NCBI RefSeq assembly: GCF_006345805.1
Contig: NC_043005.1
Coordinates: 70,432,001 to 70,496,000 of the forward strand
DNA length: 64,000 bases
Reading direction: 5' to 3'
DNA from: Octopus sinensis
Lineage: Eukaryota
The notes beneath the pieces are model-generated. The model was given only the letters and a program-made list of their open reading frames with translations, made no database searches and had not been told where the DNA came from. Below, piece by piece: positions 11,480-22,899 of the stretch (positions are counted from its first letter, which is position 1; each line of letters starts with the position of its first letter). The position numbers were made by a program, and so were the translations under genes.

Positions 11480-12600
11480 CGCCCATTCACAGCAAGTAGA
11501 GCCAATGTGATTGGTGTAGATGTTACGTCCAAAATTATTATTTTGAATTTTGAATTTACACATCAGCAGTCAGATGCTTAGTGTTATTTGTGACTAAATC
11601 AATTTGTTTGTGCATTTCTTTAGAAGCTCCATCATTAATACTTCATATTTTAGAGAATAATTTTCTCGTATCTCGCATTGTTATGTGTTCTGCACTCAAA
11701 TACATTCCGGTTGATCCTTGTAAATGCATTGTAAGTCGACGGGAGAGTATTTTACATGTATGACCAACGTAATTGCTTTCAGTCATGAAGTTTGTAACTT
11801 ACCCGTTTGCAACCAGACATACAGATACGAGTAGTATTAATTATCAGTAGCTGTTCCTGCCCTTATATTCTTATGGCTGTGGCTGATAAGAAAGTTTATA
11901 TTAGTGTTTTTGTAATATAGTATTAATACTAATTTTTGGTTTACTAATATATTTTGTCTCACGGCGATTTTAATCATATATTCATCGATTCTGTAGCCAG
12001 TATGCATTTGGTTCATATAACATATGCTATGCATAGTTTCTATATTTTCAAAAGATGTGTTATCTGATAGATTTGCTGCTTCTGCTTTCGATTCGTTCTA
12101 TGTTTTCGTGCTGAGTTTGACGGAAATTCGATAAGTGTTTGTTTCATTCTCTGACGTCTTTATCTTGTTCTTCATTTGTGGTGGAGAATATAAATGCTCT
12201 TCTAGGTAAGATCTTTATCTGACATTTCGTACGTGTATAGACATACTATGTCTCGCCATATATATCTTTTTGTATAACCGGACGTGATCTATCTGTTTTT
12301 TCTATCTGAATGCTTACATTTACAGACGGTGATACTATATTGCAAAGCATCCTTCCTGTACTGCTCCGTAAGTACAGACAAACTGTGAAAAACGTGCCTT
12401 AATATGTAATATCTTCGTGGACAACTAGAGGATCAGTTTCGATACTGTATCGGGATTGCATCATCGACCGAGTAATTTCTTTATATATCCACAGAAACTT
12501 GCCGTATAAAGTTGTGTTACTGTTGGAATAAGTATATCCAGTTGACCGATTTGCATAGATAACGCATTCTTGACAGTTATAGAAATATGTAATGCACTAA
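11480..12600 (-). mobile_element. Degenerate Penelope-like element remnant (RT thumb region plus GIY-YIG endonuclease)
   Basis: Minus strand C.SGC...NYVGHTCKILSRRLTMHLQGS (11630-11820) fits the PLE GIY-YIG pattern YIGxTxxxLSRRLTxH. LPRRAFIFSTTNEE near 12190 fits the PLE RA..I.S region. Boundaries are approximate. Confidence 0.55.
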
Positions 12601-12904
12601 AAGTGTGTTGTTAAAATGGTATATCTAAAAATTTTAACTAAGAATGTATATATAATAAGCACATTGTAATTAAATATAATAGATTAGTGAACAGAAAAAA
12701 GATCGGATGGTGGATTTCAATACCAGTTTGGGTTTTCAATAGCGACAGATTAACTTCTTTAACTATATACAAATTTTCTCCGTTTAATGTTGTTAATGCT
12801 TATGAATCATGTAATTCGGAAATACGATTTGCACATACACAATGCTTTATCGGCTGATTGATTAATTATATACTGGAGCGTTCAAGGCTATATTGTTGAC
12901 TGTC

Positions 12905-13062
12905 TGAGTGGATTATTTACGTCATTTACAATTGACGGATATTTGTCCTCATCTTGTTTGTTGATAACACAACGTTTCGGCTGATATACCATCCAGCCTT
13001 CATCAAGTGTATTGGGGAAATTTCGAACCTGGTTTCTAATCCCTAATGTATTTTTCGATGTT
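12905..13062 (-). mobile_element. 3' part of an HHR-bearing SINE-like element (family E)
   Basis: Colinear with 31060-31190 (catcgaaaaatac.ttagg...ccaggttcgaaa.ttccccaa.acac...gatgaggacaaatatccgtcaa). Confidence 0.8.
12967..13010 (-). ncRNA. Minimal type-I HHR motif (family 3; C3 to U)
   Basis: ACAC-TTGATGA-A-GGCTG(10 nt)CAGCC-GAAA-CG-TT-GTGT. Helix I is 4 bp, helix II is 5 bp, and helix III is the palindrome ACGU. Confidence 0.65.
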
Positions 13063-13064
13063 TA

Positions 13065-13088
13065 TCATTATGATTGTTATTATTATTA

Positions 13089-13156
<68 letters not shown>
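13065..13156. repeat. (ATT)n tract, the Dong target site
   Basis: Direct reading. It abuts the LINE 3' end. Confidence 0.95.
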
Positions 13157-13159
<3 letters not shown>

Positions 13160-16100
13160 TAGTTTTATTTTTATAGCGTGCTTTCACTTCACTACCGAGC
13201 GCAGCTCTGTGTGCCTTGGGTATGTGCTGTGATTTGTTGTGATGCTCTGATGGTTATTGTATGGAAAGTGTTCTGCGTAGGATGTGTTCAGTGCCTAGTA
13301 GTGCAATTTTCTGTATGTTATATGTGTTTGTAAGTCCTGGTGATTTTGCTATGTATTTGTCTGAATATTTTTTATCACGCCTAATGCACCTACTATGATA
13401 GGAATTGTTTCTGTTTTCAGATTCCACATTCTAGTTACCTCTATTTCCAGGTCTTTGTATTTTGAGAGTTTCTCCATTTCTTTTAGAGACACGTTGTCAT
13501 CTGCCGGTATTGATACATCAATTAGAAAGCATTTTTTTTTCTTCATGATCTGTGACAACTATATCTGGTCTGTTGGCCTTAATTTCTCTATCTGTGTGTA
13601 TCGGCATATCCCAGAGTATGGTTGCTTTCTCGTTTTCTGTGACCTTTTCTGGTGTGTGCCTATACCATCTTTTTTCTGTTGTTATTCCATAATGTTGACA
13701 TAGCTTCCAATGTATGTAGGTTCCAACTCTGTCATGTCTGTGAATATATTCCTTCTTAGCCAGGACTGGGCAGCTAGAGATAATATGATTTATTGTTTCT
13801 TGTCCATCTCCACATATTCTGCAGTTACTTGTAATATTTCTTTTCATTACATGTTTTTGGTAATTTCTGGTGGGGAGGCTTTGGTCTTGTGCTGCAATTA
13901 GAAATCCCTCTGTTTCTGCTTTGAGTCCTGAGCTTCTCAACCATTGCTGGGATTTTTCTTTGTCTATTTCTTTTGCATTTAGTTTAGTGCAGTATTTACC
14001 ATGTAGGGGCTTTTCTTGCCATCGTTTTATCATGGTTCGTTGCTGTTCTATTTTTAGTTTGGATTTCATTTGTTTTATAGCTTTTGTTGTTTCTTCATCA
14101 TCTTCTTCTTCTTCTTCGTGTTTATTAGGTGGTATGATTTCTTGTTTGTATTTGTCAGCTTCCTTAAATACTGAGAACAGTTTTTTGTTTTGCTCGTGTT
14201 TTGCTGCTATCTGGATCAGTTTTCCTTCCTTCTGAAGTAGGTATTTTTGCAGTCCTATGGTGGTTATTTTATAGTAGTTTTTCAGCTGTATAAGGCCTCT
14301 ACCACCTTCTATACGTTGTATATATAGTCTTTCTATGTCAGATTTTGGGTGATGCATCCTAGATCCTGTCAGTATTTCTCTTGTTTTCCTATCTATTTTG
14401 GACAGTTCATTTCGTGTCCAGTTAAGGATATTGTAGCTGTAACTTATAACTGGGAAAGCTAAAGTGTTGATACCTATTATCTTGTTTTTAGCATTGAGCT
14501 CTGTGTTTAGTATTGATCTAACTCGTCTATAATATTCTTTTTTTATTTTCTCTTTCATTTGTGTGTGTTGTGTCGTATCTAGTTCATGGATTCCTAAGTA
14601 TTTGTAAGTTTGGCTTTGGTCTAATTCTTTTATTTCATTGGTTTTATCTAGTGTGATGTTGTTACTCTTAACTAGTTTTCCTCTTTTCATGGTTACTTTG
14701 GCGTATTTTTCTAATCCAAATTTCATATCTATTTCTTTGGTAAATCCATGAACTGTCTTTAATAGTGTTTCCAGCTGTTTGTCATTTGCAGCGTATAGTT
14801 TTAGGTCATCCATATATAAAAGGTGGCTGATCGTTTTGCCGTAACATTTATATCCGCATCCAGTTCTATTTAGCATATCAGATAGAGGTGACAGTGCCAA
14901 GCAGAAAAGGAGTGGAGAGAGCGTGTCTCCCTGGAATATTCCTCTTCTAATGGGGATGTCTTTGGTTTTCATGAGTCCCTCTTTTGTTTGGAGGGGTAGG
15001 ACTGTTTGCCATTTATTCATAGAGTGCTCTATGAATTTTATGATTGTTGGTGCTACTTTGTTAATGGCTCGTGTTTCGAGGATCCATGTGTGGGGGATGT
15101 TATCAGACGCCTTTTTGTAGTCAATCCAGGCCATACTGAGGCCTTTCTTCTTTCTGTGGCTGTCTTCAGTTACGGCTTTATTAATCATTAGTTGATCTTT
15201 ACAGCCATATGAGCATTTGCGGCATCCTTTCTGCTCTTCTGGGAACGGTTTGTTTTCGTCCAGGTGCTTGTTCAGCCTTTGCGATATCACTGCAGTAAAT
15301 GCCTTGAACATAGTAGGGAGGCAGTTTATTGGTCTGTAGTTTTCTGGTTTTGCTGTTTCATTTGATTTGGGAATTAAGATGGTTTTCCCCTTCGTGAGCC
15401 ATTCAGGCATTGTTTCTGGCTCTGCTAGTATGCTGTTAAAGTTTTCAGCCAGCTTTTTGTGCATTCCTGTTAGATATTTCAACCAGAAGTTGGGGATCTT
15501 GTCATGCCCAGGTGCCTTCCAGTTGCTTAGTTTTTGCAGTGCCTGGGTGACCTCTTCAGTTGTTATGGGGGTCCAAAGTTGTTCAGATGCCGAGTTTGTT
15601 ATTTTGATACTCCTTTTTTTTGGCTGTTCGTTCGCCGACCATATTTCTCTCCAGAATTCTTCCAATTTTTCTGCCGTTGGTGCTGCAGTGACTTCTATTT
15701 TATTTTTTCCCAGTTCTTCGTAGAACTCTTTGGGGTTGGAGTTGAACTTTTTGTTCTGTTCAAAGAAGCGTTGGCGTTTCTCGTACCGGCAGATCCTTTG
15801 AGCTTTGGCAAGGATATCTTGCTTCAGCATTTCTTTTATCTCCGGCAAATCTTTTTGTGATATTATATTTGCGGAGCATTTTTGTTCTCTTTTTGTTGCT
15901 CAGTAGCGTTGATTGTTTGCTGATTTCATTAAGAATCGACAGGTCTTTTCTAATGTTTTTTTATTTTGTTTTGGATGTTATTTATCCACAGGGTTTGTTT
16001 GGGTAGTGGTACTCCTGTTTGGGCGGGTTTGGGTGAGTATCCAGCTTCTTTTGTGGCTGCAGTGGCTGCTGCGTATATCAAGTCATTTAGTTCAGTGATA

Positions 16101-17095
16101 TCACTTTTTTATGTTTCAGTGGCTAGTTCAGTGACGGCTAGGTTTATGCTGTTTATAATTGGTGTTGTTATTTCGTTTATTTTTATTCTTGGGAGGTATG
16201 GTCGGTGGTCCATTTTGGGCTCTGTGGTTTTCAGTTCTTTGATTATTTTATTTTTTATATTATCATAATCATTAGGCTCCCCTTCGTTGTTTACATCGTG
16301 CTTGTTGGGAATGTTGCGTTTGTCTTCGTGTTTTACAGTTTCAGTGTTTATATTATTGGGCATTGTTGTGTGGCTTCTATCTACATTTTCCTGGTGTATG
16401 TTTTCTTTTAGGTGTTCTATTTCTATTTCTGATATTTTTTTTGCGTTGAGAATGTATCTTCGTACGTTAGCTAATTTATTAGGGTTCATTGCTGTATCCA
16501 AGTCTATATCTCTATTATTTTCCTTCCATATTTTATATGTATGTGTTGTTGTATTTTCATTTTTTGGGTAGATCATTGCTGTGAAGTATGCGTGTAAGAT
16601 AGAAATGTATTCCTCACGTGTCCATTTACGTCTTTTGGGTTTTATTTGCGGGACATGAGGTACAACGTCCGGCCCATTATTTTGACGGTCGTCATTTTCG
16701 TAGGGTACCGGTCCGTTTATTTCTGTTGTCACATTATTTCGCACGTGTAGTTTTTCGTACATTTTTTGTTGTAAGTTTAATGTACGTACCGCTCAATTGT
16801 TATTCTTGGGTTGAATAGTATCGGTGGCATTTAATTTCTTCGTAGTTCCTTTGTACATGGTGTTTGGGGTCGGGGATGATCGTGATGTTCCACGCATGTT
16901 TACATGTGTTGTGTTAGAGGTGGAGATAATATCGAGTCAAAATACATCATTTCGTTTCGAAAATAGTAATAAATTTCAATTAGTATTACTTACTCGGGTA
17001 CAGTCCAATTCTTTGTTAGTAAATCTTTGGCTCCATAGGATGTCCTTGTTTTCGATGTTGTGGATAGATTTCGGATAATAATAGATAGATGGATA
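13157..17095 (-). mobile_element. Full-length R4/Dong-clade non-LTR retrotransposon (RT plus restriction-like endonuclease)
   Basis: RRKWTREE...Y N-terminal motif, LNDLIYAAA, NWKAPGHD, YRPINCL, EEQKGC, GIFQGDTLSPLLF, YMDDLKLY, YKYLGI, CRIC...ETINHIISSC...H zinc knuckle, RPDIVV...LIDVSIP RLE. The 3' UTR has AATAAA and both ends lie in (TAA)n. Confidence 0.95.
13254..16897 (-). pseudogene. Single long Dong ORF, disrupted
   Basis: Track ORFs 16109-16762, 13518-15848 and 13349-13558 join via in-frame stops (16109-16111 and one near 16795) and frameshifts in A-runs (~15857, ~13535, ~13373). The reconstructed C-terminus is ...HILRRTLSIQ* at 13254. The start position is uncertain. Confidence 0.85.
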
Positions 17096-17121
17096 GCTTT
17101 ATTATTATTATTATTATTATT

Positions 17122-17636
17122 TATGGGTTTTTCTTCTTCTTTCAAATTTTCTTCCATTTCTTGCCGAGTGTCTTCCCGACTCCTAGCGCAAAGAAACTCA
17201 TTGTATACATTGGTAGGCCATTAAACTAAACTCACTAGTTCGTTCATTTTTTTATAGGAATAATGTTAAATTAAAATACATGGGTAGTAATAGTTCTCAC
17301 ATCGACAATGCTCTTCTCAATACGTGTGATGTACCAGTTAAGACAATCTTTTGCACTTCTTGCAGGGATGGTAAGCCAGGGATCATTCTCATATAATTTT
17401 CGGTTCCCTTCTTGATCATTCCTAGTGCTCCTACGATCACTGGTAATGTAACCGCCTTGAGATGCCACATTTTCTCAATTTCAATGAGCAAGTCTTTATA
17501 TTTTCTGAGCCTGTCAAATTCCTTCGCCGAGATATTATGATCACAGGGGATGCTCATGTCAATCAATAAGCAAACTTTATTGTTTTGGTCTTTCACAACA
17601 ATATCCGGTTTATTGGCTTTGATGGTTCGGTCTGTA

Positions 17637-17637
<1 letters not shown>
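17122..17637 (-). mobile_element. 5'-truncated Dong/R4 copy of a second subfamily (RLE domain plus 3' UTR)
   Basis: TDRTIKANKPDIVVKD...LIDMSIPCDHNISAKE...KYKDL...LRRALSM*. Its 3' UTR differs from the first copy and it is flanked by (TAA)n. Confidence 0.9.
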
Positions 17638-17687
<50 letters not shown>

Positions 17688-17738
17688 CATTATTATTGTT
17701 ATTATCATTATTATTATTATAACAATAATAATAACAAC

Positions 17739-17807
<69 letters not shown>
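17638..17807. repeat. Strand-switching (ATT)n/(AAT)n tract
   Basis: (ATT)n 17638-17720 is immediately followed by (AAT)n 17721-17807. Confidence 0.95.
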
Positions 17808-17808
<1 letters not shown>

Positions 17809-18420
17809 CCTCATCTCTTAAATATAGAACTGTGTGAGTGGATACTCGGATGATGATTATGATGAGGATGATGATGATGAGGAGGAGGAGGAGGAGAATC
17901 CAATAGCAGAGTGTATCTACTCAAGGTAATCGTCCTATTTCTGTGCAAGACTGTACTTTATATAGAACCAATGTGTTTATACATGATTTATGAAGTGTTA
18001 CTGAAGGCCAACAATGCTGTTTAATAATGCAAAACATTGCAACGACTAGCAATGCATTAAGGAAATAACAACGAATACTTTATATGTTCCAAGAATTAGG
18101 GACGAATTAATCAAGATATCATTTATATTGGGTTTATATGAAGTACCTCAATCCAGAGTTAAAGGGAATACACGATTTGAAACTCCTTGGGTAATGTTTT
18201 TGTCTGTTTACGACTGTATTGTGTATATATAATTGATATAGACAGCTGTGGGCAATACTTTACCAAAAACTATAATTCCAACTAAGTATGACTAGGGTGT
18301 TAAAACACCTACATTGCAAGAAATAAGAGCTAAAAAGCTCTAAAGCTGTAGTGAAAGCACGTAACTGTATACATGTGTACTGACAGGGACTGTAATCGCC
18401 CGAAAGTACCGGTCGAGAAT

Positions 18421-18473
18421 TCCCTACGCTGATCGGTCAGTTTCGGCTTATTACGTAGCCTCATCAGTAGAGA
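18421..18473 (-). ncRNA. Type-I HHR motif with a mutated cleavage site (family 4)
   Basis: TCTCTA-CTGATGA-GGCT(8)AGCC-GAAA-CTGA(4)TCAG-CG-TAGGGA. All three helices form, but CG replaces the required UH. Confidence 0.7.
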
Positions 18474-18649
18474 CCGCTCGACTCGACTGAATCCGGACTT
18501 AATTCTCTGTCAGTACATATATATTCACCATAAAAATCTATGGGTGATTTAGGGAATTAATAATGTGTATACAAAGCATTAATATATAGACAGCCGTGCT
18601 CAATATTCTACAAAGTGTGCTGAAACATTCTTGGCTCTAAGGGTGTCAC

Positions 18650-18825
18650 GACAGACCTGGCTGGAGGCCCAACCTGCCGAGTTCCTTTACAGAGATTTCA
18701 AAAAACTGAAGGACCGCTGCAATAGGTTTGTGAATATGAGAAGGGAATATGGTGAATAAAATCATAATTAACTGATTCTACTGTATTTTCTTTCACCCAA
18801 ACCATGAACTTTTCAACACCTCTCG
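18650..18825 (+). mobile_element. Mariner 3' remnant with TIR
   Basis: TWLEAQPAEF...KKLKDRCNRFVNMRREYGE*, then ...acttttcaacacctctcg followed by TA. Confidence 0.75.
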
Positions 18826-19944
18826 TATATCATTATATTTCTACATCTATATATATACATATATACATATGAGTCGGGAGTATATGCATATATTTGTGTC
18901 CTCATAAGTGCGTGTATGCGTATGTATATACATTATCTAAATTCTTAATTATTTCTTCGAAGTACTTTAACATAGTTCCCTAATTATCTTCTAGTGAATA
19001 TAAATTGTCAAAATCACTACCAGTTTAAGCCAAGATCTTCTCTTTGGATTATGGAAGGCTCTTTTAAGACTATGATTTTTGATAGAATACTTCCAAAGGA
19101 AATCTAGTTTTAATTTCTCGAAAAATGTTAAGAACTACGATTATTTATTTAAGCTATCATTGTATTTTTAGTCATTGCTCCTATCATTATATTTGGATAT
19201 GGTTTTGTTTTTTCTTTTGTTTTGTTGTTTTATATTTTTATCTTCATTTTCTACTCAGCTAACTTCTATTATGATCGCATTTTCATGGCGTCTTTTTTTA
19301 TGTATTTTGTTCAAATTCCAGGCTACATAAATCTTACTCGTGTTTTTTTTTTTCTTTATATCCTTCCATAGCAAAATCTTTACAAATAAAACACACGAAA
19401 AAGCCTGTTTCTGATTTACTGGCATTATAATATATTCACCCAAATCGCAATCCATTATTTTCGGAGATTGTTCTTCTGGCTTTCCTCTCAATTTTGTTTA
19501 TTTAAAATATCTTTTCTACTCTCAAAATGATATTTTTAAACGAATATCAAATTTATCTTGGAACATTGTTGAATGTAATGTTTTAGGCAACATTTTAAAT
19601 TAGATGGGATTTTTTCCTCAGAATTTTCCCCGTTCTTCTTTTTTATAAGAATTCCATGTTAAATATTAAATAGCCATAAATTAAGAAGTACTAAATGGAT
19701 ATTTTCAACATTTGAAGTTACACAAATGATAATAATTAATGTTAATGCTATAATTTAAAATGGAATAAGGACAATAATATGATGTAATATTATTGCTAGT
19801 ATTATTAGTAGTAGTAGTATTACTTGTAGTAGTAGTAAATATTTAATACACAAAAAATTCTAAAATCAACTGAAAATAAATATTGGTTTCAAGTTGTGGC
19901 ACAAGGATAGTCAGTTCGGGGGAAGGGTAAGTCAATTACATCGA

Positions 19945-20249
19945 AATGGAAGATATGAAAGTTCATTTTCGGCACTTGATGCTTTGGGAACCAGACAAAA
20001 AACTGCTGCAACTCGACTAGGATGTATTATTCTACCCTCCATATTCACCAGATATTGTTTCTTCGGATTTCTACTTATTCAGGTCTCTGCAGAATAGTGT
20101 TAATGTTAAAACTCTCAATTCCTTGGATGGATAACTTGATGAAAACCTTTGCCATGAAACCACCTCAATTCTGGGAAGAGGATATTTGCAAGTTAATGGA
20201 AAGATGGAGACGCATTGTGCAACAAAATGGTTCATATTTGGTTGATTAA
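19945..20249 (+). mobile_element. Internally deleted mariner transposase remnant
   Basis: MEDMKVHFRHLMLWE is fused to RQKLLQL...PPYSPDIVSSDFYLFRSLQN...KLMERWRRIVQQNGSYLVD*. Confidence 0.85.
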
Positions 20250-20995
20250 AAAGCAAATAGCAAGTATTTATTTATCAGGGATTTTTATATTTCAATTGTC
20301 ATCATCATCATTGTCAGGTACTACTTCTACTGCTACGATCATGACCACTAACAACAACTACAATACTAAAGGTGATCAAGATGAAGATAGCAGGAAAATT
20401 ATCTTATTTAGGGTTAAAAGTTCCATTGCCACCACCATCACCACTAGCAACAATAATTAAGGTGCTGACAATGATGACGATGACAATTGAAATATAAAAA
20501 TCCCTGACAAAGGCTATTTACAACATTTCTAAAAATAGCCCAACAATTGGTGCCTCGGCCAGGGTTAAGATACTGGACTCTTGACATGTTCAACAAAGCG
20601 TGAGGCCTAAACCAATCAGCTTAAGAAATTGAGTGATGCTACACACTGATTGGTCAGAATACAGTTTGCAAAACCTAGCAATCTGGAGACTACACAGGTG
20701 TATTTAAGGCACAGATTTAACCATCTCGCTACAGTCAAAAATTGTGAAGCTTGACTGTCACCACTACTATATGAACATGAAGATTGTATAATCTAATGCA
20801 TGAAAGTACTAGTTCAATCAGAATGAACGTTTAACATTCTATTGTTTTATTTAATCTTATTACATTATATTATCTTATATTATATCATTACAAGATTGTA
20901 AATAAAACGTGAAAATCAGACAAGGTTGGAATTCCTTTTATTAATATATTCTTCTATACACAATAACACACACCCGTATATATATACATATATGT

Positions 20996-21078
20996 TTAAG
21001 TCCTGGAGTCGATTTGCTCGACTAAACGTGGTGCTCCTGCATGGCCACAGCCAAATGACTGAAACAAGTAAAAGAGTA
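20996..21078 (+). mobile_element. SINE family A tail fragment
   Basis: aagtcctggagtcgatttgctcgactaaa...gactgaaacaagtaaaagag. Confidence 0.8.
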
Positions 21079-22620
21079 TTATAAATACAATCACACACAC
21101 ACACATGCATATATATATATATATATTTGCATAAATGATAAGTCTTAATGTTTATACACTTTCATGTATGCATATATGTATGTCCGCATGAATTAAAGAG
21201 CTGCATTGAAAACAACACAAAATGTAGCAAGGATTCTGAGGCATTTTTCTGTGTTCTTGGACAATCTGAACTAATATACACTAAGAAATATGGAGCCTGA
21301 AAATGTCCGGAAAGGAAGAGAATGTTTTAAAAAGTAGAATGATTTCCTCTTTTATTAGACAAACATTATTAATATTGAAAAAATTTACAAAAAATTCGTG
21401 TAAATAGCTATAGTAATTTGAAACCTGAAATCACATGAAGACATGATCTACAATACATTTCCATTTCGTATTTTTCATCTAGAGATAAAGATACACATAC
21501 ACAAACACCGACTCACACATTCGTGTGTATGTTTGGCTGTCTGAATGTGTATGCTGTGCCGTCATATATGTTTTTACGCCTCCCTATTGGTTCTACTCGA
21601 GATGAATATATGAGTGTAAAATTTATAGTCAACACCAATATTGAAATTTATTAATTTCCTGGATATTACGGATTCCCAACATCTATGTAGATCAATCATC
21701 TTTCCTATTATTATGACAATGCATTAGCATTATTAAGCCTTTGAATCTTGCTTCCTATTATTATAACAGCCTTTCAATCACGCTTCATATTATTGTAACA
21801 ATGCATTAGTAGAGACTGGCTTCAACGACAGAATATAATGTATGCAGCATACCAATGGCACACATACATATATAAATAAGGCAATAAAGATTATTTGGTT
21901 CCTACACCACTTTAATTTTGAGGTCATTTCTAGCGTTCCAAAATGATTGTTGGGAATCATACATTAAATTCCCCGAAACCCACAGTGATAGAACGATCTT
22001 TTTAATAAAAATATAATGAAGGTTATCTATCGAGCTACTGAAAATCTTGTTAATCAATATCAAGAGTAAATAGAAGGAAATAAATATACAAAATATATTT
22101 GTAAAGTGGTCTATACTTCCATCGCATTCCAATTATAGCAGAACTATTTCTTATCCCTTGAATGCAAAGCACCTTGAAAGAGTGTCGATCTACAGAGCAA
22201 CATTCCACTTACTTTACAATAAAGACCGAAACTATATCGATCTCGCAGAAATTCATTTAAAATCTAATACGGGAAACAACTCTTCTCTATTTTCCATCCA
22301 AAACACTAAATTTCCATTATTGGCACCTTAAAGGGGAATTATGAAATATGCAGAAATAGAATGGAAAGCGATTGCAAATTCATTGATTATCAACAAAATA
22401 AAATGATATCGTGGAAAACCATTAATACAGACGTTTTGCAAAAATTATCACACAAAACCGGCAACAAAGCATCTGAAATAACATCAAGATAAGGCTTATA
22501 TTAACCAAAATAATTTTTCAGCCACATACGCATACACACACACACACACACAGAGCGTGAGAGAGAAAGAGAGATACATAATTATATATATAGTTTTATA
22601 TATATATATATATATACTAT

Positions 22621-22662
<42 letters not shown>

Positions 22663-22899
22663 GTATGTATCTGTAGGGGTCCGGAGCAAAATAATTGTGC
22701 GTAAAATCTCATGTGAATGAACTAATGACAGGTATTTATGTTTTTCTGAGTCTGCGAGGATAATTTTTGCTGTACGTGTACTTGTCAAAACTTGTCATAG
22801 TTTGGATAATTGTACGAACTAGGACCATTAAAAGCAAATGCATTTTAACAACAAAAGTGAAGCAGACACAGATGCTTTTTTTGCATTCGCCCATTACAC

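Noticed and set aside
13395-16818. Plus-strand ORFs overlapping the LINE
   Set aside because: Antisense shadows of the A-rich Dong ORF.
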